A DNA stretch of 64,000 nucleotides, from assembly GCA_028534125.1 (NCBI GenBank), contig CM052818.1, positions 22,942,001-23,006,000 on the forward strand. The letters are read 5' to 3'. Made by a program: the position numbers and the translations under genes. Source of the stretch: Lama glama. Taxonomy: Eukaryota. Below, piece by piece: positions 1 through 11,800 of the stretch (within the stretch, counting starts at the first letter, position 1; every line of letters begins with the position of its first letter). The notes under the pieces are model-generated. The model had not been told where the DNA came from and made no database searches. It saw nothing but the letters and a program-made list of their open reading frames with translations.

Positions 1-269
1 ACACCTTTGATATGGAGACAAGGGGGGGGGGGGTAGAAAAATTAGCCTGAAAAACGTAACTGCACTGCTACATGTTTTAGAATCTTACTGATTTTTCATC
101 TGTGTTCAAACTCTTAACTGCTAACATTTCCCTTACAAATTTTGTAGTGGCTCAATACTTTATTCAAATGATGAAATTTTACCCAAAATCTAACTAACTA
201 CTAATACACTGAAATAGCTTCAAGATGGAAAATTTTAAGACTTTAAGACTCAAAAGTACTCACTAGTAA

Positions 270-285
270 CCAGCAGGTGGTGCTA
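270..285 (+). promoter_or_regulatory. Candidate CTCF site in intron 21
   Basis: CCAGCAGGTGGTGCTA closely fits the CTCF core CCASYAGRKGGCRC (one mismatch) in otherwise AT-rich sequence. Confidence 0.5.
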
Positions 286-879
286 ATAAATAATTTTAGT
301 TTTAGCTTATCTCACATCTCACCTCAACAATAAGCTCTTCCTGTTTAAAGTTTCTAGTTGGAGGGGAAGTTCTCAGTTACTTCTGTAGCAAACGAAGTAC
401 AGAAACAATGCCATAGCACTGATTCTCCAAAGTGGATTCTGGGTAATTGTAAAATTTACAGACTCTTTCACTGATACCTTTTAGACAGGCACTTAAAGGA
501 CCTCATTCTTTCTTAGTGGAAATGCACGGGACATCCATTGGTCTATCATGCTATACATAGAATTTTCCTGGAACTATTATTTATGTCCAAAGGTTGACAC
601 AGCAAATTTAATTATTCTGAATCATTATGACACACTGGTTCAACATAATAAGCACAAACCTCTACTAGATTAGATTAGTCTGAATTTATTGTGGACCAAA
701 ACTCCTGGATTCTTCAGAGAATAAATTTTGTATTGGTTCAATCCTAATACACTTCTCTGAATTGGGCATTAATGGTGATAATACTAAAGAACACATGTAG
801 ACTAGTTTTGTTTAGAAATTTAACCAAGTAAATATAAATAAAAACCCACAATCGCCTTTCCCAAATGTCACGTCCTTAC

Positions 880-978
880 CAAAGACTTGAAAGCCTAGCA
901 CACAGGTGTATGTCGTCCAATCAATGTCCTTACAATCCGATCGATTCCTGATTAGTTTGCAGCCATTTGGAATGTCCC
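880..978 (-). CDS. EML4: EML4 exon 21 (99 nt)
   Basis: aag|GGGACATT...TTTG|gtaagg; (W)DIPNGCKLIRNRSDCKDIDWTTYTCVLGFQVF. Confidence 0.96.
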
Positions 979-1461
979 CTTTAAATTCAGAAACAGGAAG
1001 TATGATCATAGTGCTTGTGTACAAATGTACTTGACAGTGCATCTTGATTCAAACTAGCCACGTTTACTTGTATTTATTATCCATACACTGAAAAACATTA
1101 AGACACACTTAACAAGGCAAAGTGTTTAACAGGGTTTATAGATAGAACTACAAACTGTTTCCCACTGAAATTGTTCTTTAAAAAGCATAATTGCTCATCC
1201 ATTATACTCCTTCCTGTCTCCAAGAAAAGTTATTAAATACAGAACCATTCAGAGCAGCACCAGTCTCCCTGAATAATTTCCTATGACATTTAAATGAACT
1301 CACTACTTTCTTTGAGATTCTCAGTCCTTAGCCAGCTCAGAGCCACACGAGCTTTGTCAGGTCAGGGGCCAGTGTGCAGCTGCTGCACAATTCAGTCCCT
1401 GCAGCCTGCTCATTACTGCCCGACAGACACGTCTCAGCCGCACGTGATCGTTCATACTCAC

Positions 1462-1549
1462 AGTACAGGATCTCATAGTCTCCCGAGTTAGACATTATAT
1501 ACTTGTTGTCTGGGGACCAGTCAAGGTGTGTGATATAGCTGGAATGTCC
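1462..1549 (-). CDS. EML4: EML4 exon 20 (88 nt)
   Basis: tag|GGACAT...TACT|gtgagt; GHSSYITHLDWSPDNKYIMSNSGDYEILY (WD40 repeat). Confidence 0.96.
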
Positions 1550-3428
1550 CTAGGAAGTAACACATCAACTATTTAGAGAGCAGTTAAGAGTTCTGAATGA
1601 CAAATAGTTTCACAGTAGCCAGTACTGTCTTCCGAGTAGCCGTTCACCAGGAATCGCAGGTCCTTAGTTCTTTTTTACACTACCTTGTTTGGAGCCAGAA
1701 CTTTGGAATTTAAAGAAACCTGACCACAGTGGAAATGTTAAGCACCTGGAACCTGGTCTCTCCACTTAGATAGCAGCAACAAGCACCTACCACCTGTGCG
1801 ACACTTCCAAGACAGACAGTCTCAAACTTGTGTCTTCAAAGACACTGTAACAGATACCACAACCTCAGGCCTTATTTCAAGTCACTAGTGTCCCTAAGTT
1901 AGCACAGTTATTTTTATCTTTATTTTTGAGAATGAGGTATTGGTTGCAGGTTGAGCACAAAGAGTACAATTTTCCTGGGCTGCTTCCTGAGTACCCACAG
2001 GACACCCCAGAGGCTGAGGAAGATGGGACACCCACAGTCACACTGGAGATCTCTTAGAAAAACTCATCTCCAAAGAATATTCTGGATGAACAGTTACCCA
2101 ACATCGCACTCCCTCTGAACAGCTGGATCCAATAATCATCTGACTCCTTAAATAAGAATACAGTGATCTTTTTCTGCTTAAGTTTTATTAACACTGGGAA
2201 TTTAGACCAAAAAAATTTATTAAATGCTGTATTTTCTTGGCTTCACATGTAAGCATTTGATGACTTCCAATAAACTACTGCAGATAAATCAAACAGGTCT
2301 TAAGGTTTACAACCAGGTCGATGAATATTCAAAATTACTTTTATCTCCTGCAGTCTGTATTAAAACATTTAATTTCTGTTGTACTTTTTGAATTGCTAGC
2401 TTTCTGCTCACATGGGTTTTTATTTTTAAAGGTAAGAAATTCAAAATACCTGAGGTATAGTTTCTAATGATTTACATGAAGCATTTTCATTTTTCTAGCA
2501 GTCTTCTGAAGTCTAAGACGTCCTAAAACCTTTCTGGAGCTATGATCACCACAGTGCTGCATGGTAAATACCCATATTTATACATTTAAATGAATTTAAA
2601 TGATGTGAATCTGAGAACTAAGAAGCGTCCTGGAATCACTGGGGATTAGGTGGTACATTAGAGAAGAGGTTGTGAATCACTTGCTAGGCATGTGGGAGAC
2701 CTACCAACTTAACAAGAAATCAGTTTCAATGCCAGAAAGACACATGTGGTTCTTGGATATTTTCTGAATGCGGCAGGGAGGATGGGGTTCACATAGATCT
2801 TTTTCATAGTGCTCATGAGTCTGATGCCTGGCTCTGACATCCAGAGAAGCCACGCTTCTAAGATAAGAAAAGTGCTACTACATGAATGAAGGATTTAACT
2901 AGATTAATCATGGCAAAGTACTGTCCTCCAAGAAGTATTCATCCTAATGTAGTACTTAAAAATACTGTTTGAGTCTTTGTGAAAAGAATTTAATAGCACT
3001 GCTTAGAAAAGCATCAAAGCACTGTTTGGATGCATAATATTCATGCAACGCACATCTGTGTTGGACACAGACTGTATTTAGATGGTAAACTAAATCAATG
3101 TAAGAATTTTCAAAAAAAAAAAAAAACCTCTTGAATAGGAAAAGTCCCCAAATTCAGAAAAGGCCTTGGGGCAGTTACCAATTTATATTGGGAAACAAAG
3201 TGAATATTTTTTTTTGGTAGTATGGAGTCCAATAACCAAGCAGAGAAAAAGTTAGATGCAGTTGTTTGTTGAGAGTCTGTAACGCTGCCTTCCCAGATGC
3301 CACTTCAGAGTGTCCCCCCTGCCCTGGGCCCACGAGAATAATTACAAGTGATAGTGCTTGAGAATACACTGGAAAAATCAAAAATATTTCAGCTAAAGCT
3401 TTGTCAACCACTGAAGGTCATCATCTAC

Positions 3429-3556
3429 AGCAGTGGTTTGCAACCCTGGCTATATATTAGTATTACCTGGGGAGTTTTAAAAAAAGCACTGAGGCCTTGA
3501 GTTAGGGCAGTAAGTTTTTTCCTAAGTAGGTACCAGGTGCCCCCTCACTATCTAGA
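3429..3556. mobile_element. MER5-like hAT-Charlie relic
   Basis: cagcagtggtttgcaaccctggct...tattacctggggagttttaaaa resembles the MER5A consensus. Confidence 0.55.
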
Positions 3557-3557
3557 G

Positions 3558-3741
3558 CAGTGCTGTCCAATGGAGCTTTCTGCGCTGATGAAAATGTGTA
3601 CCTGCACGGTCCAGTGCAGCAGTAACTAGCAGCCTGTGGCTTCTGAGTACTCAAAATGTGGCCAACGCTCCCAGAGAACTGAACTGTATTTAATTTCATG
3701 AACAAAGTTGTGCTTAGTGGCTGTGATACTGGATAATGCAG
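3558..3741. mobile_element. MER3-like hAT-Charlie MITE
   Basis: Ends cagtgctgtcca...tggataatgcag form degenerate TIRs; internal ctttctgcgctgatgaaaatg and aaatgtggcca motifs. Confidence 0.65.
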
Positions 3742-3749
3742 GCTGAAAA

Positions 3750-4200
3750 CGGTCCATTGTTTCTCTACTGATCTGAAAATACCTTTATTATTATCTAGTA
3801 AATTTCCATATAAATAGAGATCTGTTTTTGGACTCTCTTTTCTGTTCCATTAGTCTATCTGCCTATTCCCAGCCAGCTGTGATAGTTTTGTGGTATGTGG
3901 AAAATTTCATATGAATCTTAAACCATTTTACCAAGCTCATGAATACCATGTTGGAAATTTAAGTAAGAGTGCATCAAATTTAGAGAATAATTTGTAGAGA
4001 ACAGATATTTTTATCAGACCTTTTCATCTAGAAACACATTATGTCTATTTTTTCAGTTCTTAGTTTGCCTTTCAGTCATGTTTCACATGCTTGCTGTGCT
4101 TTTCTTGCCAGGTCTGCTCTCAAAGCAGCCACAGTTTTTGTTGCTATCGCAATTAAGATTTTTTTCCCCATCACATTTTTGATATGCTCTGCTGGACTGA
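3750..4200 (-). mobile_element. Ancient L1 (L1M-type) ORF2 fragment
   Basis: tctgtttttggactctcttttctgttccattagtctatctg resembles antisense L1 ORF2. Confidence 0.55.
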
Positions 4201-5119
4201 GGGAAAGCTGATCTTTAGAGTGTAGACTGTCAGACTATCCAATCCAGTCTTTAGAGTGTAGGTCTGGAGAGCATAGCTTATCCACTCCACATTCTCTCCT
4301 CCTACGTGCCCAGGAAAACACTGTGTTTCCTAACCTCTTTCTGCAGCTGTGGGTGCCAGAAGTCACTGAGTGAGGCTTCTGGGAAAACTTTAAGAGAACT
4401 GACTTAGGAGAGCTGACGTTTTCCCCTTGCTCTGATCCCGTCTTCCTGGGACTAGGATGTGATGACTGGAATTCCAGTAGTACCTTGTTGAGGATGATGG
4501 AGTTAGAGAGAAAGAAGGATCCTGAATCCCCAAAGAATTCTTTTAAATGAGAACATAACCCTCATTTGATTAAGCCACCAAGTACTGCAGTATAATTCTT
4601 GTTATAGTAATACTGAAATATGTACTGCAATAGTTTTATGGGTTATTTTCTTGGAGATTTCTAGGTAGACAGTTTGGAAGCCTTTTACTCATCTCTTATT
4701 CATACATATATTTTCAGTTACCAACATCCTGACATCTTTGTCCTGACACTTATTTTACCAGCACTTCTTGCCTACTCTGCCAGACGCTGTAATGCTTTTT
4801 AGTGTATCGCTGCAACTTCAGCGTACTGTACTTCCTGGGCTACGATCTTTGAGTAGCAGCGTTGAAAGGTACATAGAAACTTGAGTCAAACAGAAAGCTA
4901 GAATGCCGGCATTCAGGGACAGGTTCCGACTGCTTGGTCAGAGTCCATTAGAGGGACGCTTCCCAAAGTTCTATGCTGGTATCCTGCTGCAGCTATGGGG
5001 TCACTTCAGTGTTAACTAGTCCACTTCAGTGTTAACTAGTCACAGGAAATACTGAAGACAAAATAGAAAACAGCATTTGTATTTGGATCTCTGAGAGTAC
5101 TTCCAGTTGCCACATTTTA

Positions 5120-5260
5120 ATCTTTACAGCAATCCTATAAAAGTAGGCACTACTATATTCTCCAATTTTAAGATACCAAAATTAAGACTCAGAGAAGTTA
5201 ATTAACTTGCCTAAAGTTGCAAACTAGTAAGCAGTAGAGGCAGCATTAGCCCAGTTCTGT
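5120..5260 (-). mobile_element. MIR SINE
   Basis: Core aagactcagagaagttaattaacttgcctaaagttgcaaactagtaagcagtagag. Confidence 0.6.
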
Positions 5261-6399
5261 CCTACGTCATAGCAGACAACAGACAAAAGCAGCTAATATG
5301 AGACTGTAAGACCAGCTGGCAGAAGCAGAGAGCAAGGAGAAGTGATAGCTGGAAGCAAAGCACAGAACAGAGGATAACGAGAAAAGCAGAGCAGTCGAGC
5401 CTCAAAGAGTACTATAAACTTTAACAGTTCCTAATGATATCTCAAAATAATACTTTCATACACACTAAAATAAAAAGCTGCCTAACTGAAGAAGGCCATG
5501 TCTCATGCAACTGCTAAACTTGCCACTTCTCAGCACTTCCAAGGTCATTCTCACTGTCCAGTGTCACGCACTGCACTTCCCACTCTGCGCCCGCCGCTGT
5601 GCTGTAAGAGCACAGCACAGTCATACACATACTGAACGGCTGAGGCACTTGCGTACCCTGGGGAGTCTAAGAGTCAGAAGAACAGGGTTCAGGTCCCAGA
5701 TCTGCCACTACATCACGATGCGACCAAGGACAAGTCATTTACCTTTTCTGAAACTCAGTATCTTCATCCATAAAATGAAGGCTGAGCTAAGTAAATGCTA
5801 GAGTGCTACCTGTAAAATTTTATGATTCCACAAGATTACATTTGATAACACTCTTGTTTATTAAGGCATGGACATTTCTAAAAGGTTGGGGTAAAAAATA
5901 ATTAAGAAAAATTTGGCGCCTGGTAAGGGTAAATTTAAGTAATCTAAAAATTCCTTTCAGTAGAACATTTAATTTGATTGTGTTGTACAGTGAGGCGCTA
6001 TTACACTACTGTTTCATATCCCAAATATTAAGATAATAAGTCAATTAAAAGATAGGATTTAAATAAATTAATGGATACTGATTCATAATTTTTGTCAAAC
6101 TAAAAAAACTATTTTGGATAAATTCTAAAACTATATAATTGCTTGTAGATCAGCTTATATATAGGTGGATGACAAAATACACCAAAAAAGAAAAGAAAAG
6201 AAAATCTCTTCTTTGAATAGTAAATGGCCTGGGTTTACTTATGTATATGCTTCTAAAAACTCATTCCCCTAAAACTGTTTTGTGATAAAGGCTGTTAAAG
6301 GATCTGTGCTAATTCATCAAGTGATTTGCTAATCCTAAACTGATTTGCTAACACAGATAACAAACTACCTCATTTCCTATAAAAATCATACTTAAATAT

Positions 6400-6600
6400 A
6401 CTGAGTACTTCTTATCTGCCAAGCACTATTCTAAGTATTTTATATGCCTTGTTTTAATCTAGTAAAGTAGAAAGTACTATTATCCTCACTGAACAGATGA
6501 GAAAACCAAAGTAGAAGGTTTAAATAACTTGCTCAAGGTCACACTTGAGGTGGTGAAACGAAAATTAAAATCCATGTTGTCTGATCCCAAGTTTGTGCTC
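6400..6600 (-). mobile_element. MIR SINE
   Basis: acagatgagaaaaccaaag...taacttgctcaaggtcacac core. Confidence 0.65.
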
Positions 6601-7272
6601 TCAGCTCCTACCTGCCTTTCTTGTCGTGCCCTTAGCTTAAATGTGTACTGTGAGGACAACGAACAAATCTTACATATATATTCCCCGTGCCTAGAACATC
6701 TTCCTAGTTAGCAGACTGCCTGCCATAAGGTAATTAGTCAGTATGTCCACAGAATTGAATCCAATCTTCATCTTACAATGATAAACCAATCAGAAATGCA
6801 ACAAATTAAAGGGAATAAGCTTCTGTTAATTCTCTTAATGCAGATGAATCGTCATATAAACTATGCTATTTTCAGCACTAGAGAGGTCACATAGGAAACT
6901 GCAGTGTCAAGGGTGGGCAGGATCATGAGACATTGAGATTAAAATGCGAGAGACACCCTTTCATCTCTGATTCACTCCATTTAAAAAAAGTGTTATTTTC
7001 CAAAGATTTCCTAAGGAAATAGCTTTGATTTAAGAAACTGCCTTAAAACTAGTCAGAGAGAGAAATATTAAACTCCCATGAAAGGAGAAATCTTTCTAGA
7101 GCACACATGGAACAGCTATACTCTGCTGTCAGGGAATCTCAGTTTTCAAAGATTGACATTCAGGTTTAAAGTTTAAAGCAGATACATCAATGTAAACATT
7201 TAACTCTCTTTCTAATAGAAGTAAAGATCTCCAACCACTTTACAGCTTAATTTCTTTCACTTCACTACTTAC

Positions 7273-7370
7273 AGTGCACTTTCCATGTCTGCTATATTTT
7301 CTTCCATTTTCTGAGACTACATAGAGGTAAATAAAGTTGTCATGAGATCCTACAGCCAGGAAGGTGCCAT
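7273..7370 (-). CDS. EML4: EML4 exon 19 (98 nt)
   Basis: tag|ATGGCA...CACT|gtaagt; (D)GTFLAVGSHDNFIYLYVVSENGRKYSRHGKCT. Confidence 0.96.
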
Positions 7371-8749
7371 CTAAAATCAAACAGGAAAAAATGTTGGTTA
7401 AGCAAATACATTGATAGGTTTATTTACTGTCACTTCACTGGACCTATACCAAATGACATTTTACAAATGTTGTTAAATCTCATCAACTTAACTATTATTT
7501 GGTGTTTAATGAATGAATCCTTCCATTACTAAGCAAAACCAAGTGGTCATCTGGTCCAGTACAAAACTTTCTTCTTGGAAATGCTCACAGGCCTTGGACT
7601 CTTCCCTTAGCCTCATCTCCTTTCTAGTTAGCTACAAACTGGCCCCAGGGAGGTTAACCTGCTTTTATGGGTCTAAGTATACAATATTCACATGGCAGGC
7701 AGAGTATACAATTGCTTGTTTCAGCCAAGCACATAGGATCTCTGCAACTACAGGGTAGGCTCTCATGGGAAGGGACCATGTTCTCTTTTACGATCTACTC
7801 CATTATACTTACCATATAACAGATGGTCAATAAAGTCCATCTTTGAGTTTTAATTGCTACATCTGCAGTAATTATTTGCTGTTATAGCACTAAAAAAAAA
7901 CCAAACCCAAAACAGAAAACCTTTCCTGCTTCAGGGTAACTGTTGCCAGGCTTATAGCTGGAAGCAAATACTTTTCCTTCCTTGTTCAACACACAGAATA
8001 GTATTCTGGGCTTCCTTTGAAGCAATTTAGAAGTGATCAAAAAGGTCATTTGGACTCCATGCTGATCCAACAACTATTGGAATGTATTTTCAAATATAAG
8101 AAAACATCATTTGGACTAATTTCAGGGAAGAATGATGTGAATCAAATCCATATTAATAATGGGAAAAGGAATTAGAATATCAAAGAAAATTAACATTTTG
8201 AATAAAGTACAAGAAGAATTATGCAAAACGGCTAAATGAACTGACCAAATCCTTATGAGTTGCTAAGTATTTTATCTAATTAACAAACCAACTGTTACTA
8301 AGTAACAGTAAAAATCAAGCTAGATTTTAAAGAACTTGAAGGCCTATAAAATGTGTACATTTTGAATAGTATAATTTCTTTTACATTCTGTTATATACAA
8401 AGAAGAGGTTACTAAATAGATTAACATTCAGCCTAATACCTATTCAAAAATCTAAGTATGTGTAGTTCCAAAAAAGTGGTAGTTGATTGCACTGTATTCT
8501 GCTTTCAATTGCAAATGCAGTTGTAACAGTTTGCTCTAAATTTATGTTTGCTTGATGATTCAGAATGCTGTTTAACTTTGGCAGATCTTTTGCAGTTTCC
8601 TGCAGCAGAATTTAATCTGATGTTGGGGGACACATTCAATACTTAACAACTCTAGAGAGTAGAGGAAAAAGTAGTCAGCTTTACTGGAAGTGAAAATATG
8701 TAATTACAGAGAAATGCTGTGAATGCCAGGATGGGGTAAATCTGCCTAC

Positions 8750-8838
8750 CTACTGAGTAGCGCATCACAGAGAGCTGTTCATTCCCGTCTGTGTGGATAG
8801 AAACTAGATCTCTGGTTTCTGCGTCCAGAACAAACCAC
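8750..8838 (-). CDS. EML4: EML4 exon 18 (89 nt)
   Basis: cag|GTGGTT...GTAG|gtaggc; WFVLDAETRDLVSIHTDGNEQLSVMRYSV. Confidence 0.95.
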
Positions 8839-11800
8839 CTGTTAAGAAGTAAAATCAAAATTTTCTTTAGCTATTAGCATTTATAGAAAAAAATGGTTGC
8901 TGACTTTTTCTACCTTTTTAAAAAGAATTTATTAAGCAGAACATTTTTCCCTCTTCTAATGTTGAATTCATCTTGCAAAGTGTTGCTAGATACATTATAA
9001 ATATACTTATATGGGCCTCAGCATATTCTCATTTCTATTTAGGTATTCACTGAATGCCAACAGTGTCTCTTTGCGAGGCATGGTTCAAACAGAAAATGAC
9101 AAGATGATCAGTGTTCTTGAAGATTACACTAGAGCCAGGGAAAAGTAAACGAACCAATTGAAACAAAGAACAATTAAGTGCCAACCCCACTGATGGTGAC
9201 TATGGACAACAGAGGAACTCATAGAAGGAAAATGAGTAATAGCAGACATAGAAAAACTTTTCGCAAGGATGTAGAATATAGCTGAGCTGAATGACGAGGG
9301 AAAGACATACAGGCAGTTTGGGCAGGAGGAGTGACAGCTGCAGCTATGGAGGTGGGAAGGAGCAGGACAGTATGAAGGTGGGAGGGAAAGGCAGAGGGTC
9401 ATTCATTTGGTGTGATTTCAAAGGAACCAGCAGGGGACACTCTGCCTCTCCAATGCCCCCAATACCTGCACATGCAAACTCTAAGTTCTTTGAGAGACAG
9501 TTTTTCATTCACATTTATAGGAAAAGTCAAAATGTAAAAGCCTCTTGAGAGGTTAAAACAATGACTGAAATCCAACAACATAATAAGTGACTCTTATCAG
9601 ACCCTCTTCTAAAAGCACTTGAAGGAAGGGATAGTGCTTCAGAAGAGCGTGGTGAGATAACTGGGTACAAAGCAAAGACTGGGAACTAAGGAAGGACAGC
9701 TAAGGAACAGATAAGGAAGAGGAGGGCAGGTTACAGACAGCATGCACAGCTGGCTGCAGGAGTTCAGAGCAGATCAGGCACTAAATAAGTATTTGTAGAA
9801 TGTATAAATGAACACACACAACGTAAGTCTGGAACATGACTAAGTTTTAGCAAGAATTATTTAATAGTAATGCAGAGTGTAGGAAGAAATGGTAGGGGTG
9901 GAAAAAAATGGGACAAGATTAGAAAAATAAAATCACTATCTTACTCTCATGTACTGCATGGAACAACAAGAGCAGCAAGTTTTATTTCTATTTATTCAGA
10001 TGGGAAAAATTCCACCAATAAAACAAGTCATAACAACAGTTCCTTTTAATTTTGAAGCACTGTAACTAACACCTGGAAAGAGACCACTAAATTTAAAAAA
10101 ATTTTATTTAGGAGAGAGAAAAGGCCCTAAAAGAATTAAAAAAAAAAAGAATATTTGGTGATGTTCCTTAACATGCCTCAACGTATTCAAGGTAGAAGAT
10201 AAAAGACCAAAAGATCCCAACTTTTTGCCTATCACTGAAATCCCTCTCTAATTAAACATGTTCATGAATGAATTAGTAACTTGTGAGCGGTGGACTGAAA
10301 CTTCTAGGTAGCTAATCAAGTTCATAAATACTGTCTCTTACCCAGGGAAGAAAAATAGCTTCTATTTGTAAATACTTGAGTTTATATAAACGAAAGCCAA
10401 TCAGCAGGAAACTGGCACTTTGAAGCCCTGTGGTGAATGTTTGATCATTTCCATTTCCAAAGGTGAATAAGAAACACACTTTATCGCAGTTGGACAGTGC
10501 CCACAGATTATGGGTTTTGTCTGAGAATGTAATTCATTAATCAATTTTTATGGCTGCCACCGTGAAACTCCTGAGTCAAGAAATGCCAAAGCTGATGCCA
10601 AGTGAACTGCCTTTTCAAAACAGGGAACAAAATATCCCAAACTCAGACTGCACAGACACACCTAAAGAACAGTGAGACATGGCACCACTCTGCAGGTATC
10701 AGGTTTCAGGTTCTTATTGCGTTTATGAAAACTTTGCTATACTTTCTTAGGCATTTAAAATGATCAATTTTTATTTTGGAGAAGTTCCAACTGATACTGT
10801 CTTAAGACTGCTTCCAAGTCAGTTTAATTTTCCTAGGAAAACTGCAAACAATTTTGTCTCTTTGGAAACTCTCTTAAAAAGTAACTAAAAAAACTCCAGA
10901 ATGTCTGTTGGTATAATATGTAGAAACCTAAAACTCTGAGTCATTTACTGGTTAGAGATGGTAGCTCTCAAAAAAGAAAAAAACCCTGCTTACTTTTTCT
11001 GTTTCTTTAATTACATATCAGAGATTAATTCTTCCACTTTTGGCAAGTAATTTTCAGTAATAATTAAATAACTTTGCTATTGAAAGTATACAACTTCCAC
11101 ATGGATCCCCAGCAATTATTTTAAAGCTCCCACCCTTTTCATTGCATGAGTTATGTTCTACCTTTAGAAAAGGCTTTCAGGCTCAGGACCTCTATCCCTA
11201 ACAAAGGGATGCAGAGGATGACAACAAATCCTTTATTTTAGCAAAGGGAATTTCTAGAAATAATATTTAAGTTTTCACTGTGCTGAACTGTATTTTCATT
11301 GTAGTCTAGAGTATATACATTGGAGCTAAGGTTTTGCTTTAAGATAATTTGGAATCATTATGGGACTCTATATGATCTCAAGGACCTAATGGGTCCTTCT
11401 CAGAGACAGGAAATCTTTGGCCACATATGTAAACTGTTATGACTTGTGAGTCAAGTACCTACCTACACACAGCACCATCATTAACTTGATGATGACTTTT
11501 TAAAAAGACACTATATTGATTTGTTTAGTGGCAAAAAAGAATCATAAGATTTTACAGCTGGGAAATATCATATTTTAAAGTCCCTGAATGAACATATAAC
11601 TTTAAAATATGAGTTTAAAAATATTCATCATAATATAAAGTATGTCCTCTGGGTGGCAGGTTTGTAACTTTTCCCACCTGCTTCGTTATGAAGCTTCCAC
11701 TTAACAAGAACAGAGATGTGGCTTTTATAATCAGAAAACCACAGGGAAGAAAAGCCCAATTCAACCCTCTTACTTTGTAAGTAAGAGCGCTGAAATCCTA

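Noticed and set aside
22..33. G12 run as a G-quadruplex or regulatory element
   Set aside because: Single homopolymer at the window edge with no supporting context; prone to sequencing error
968..1549. Exons 20 and 21 both start with GGACATTCCA
   Set aside because: Only 10 nt, read in different frames (GHS vs WDIP) with no further similarity; treated as coincidence
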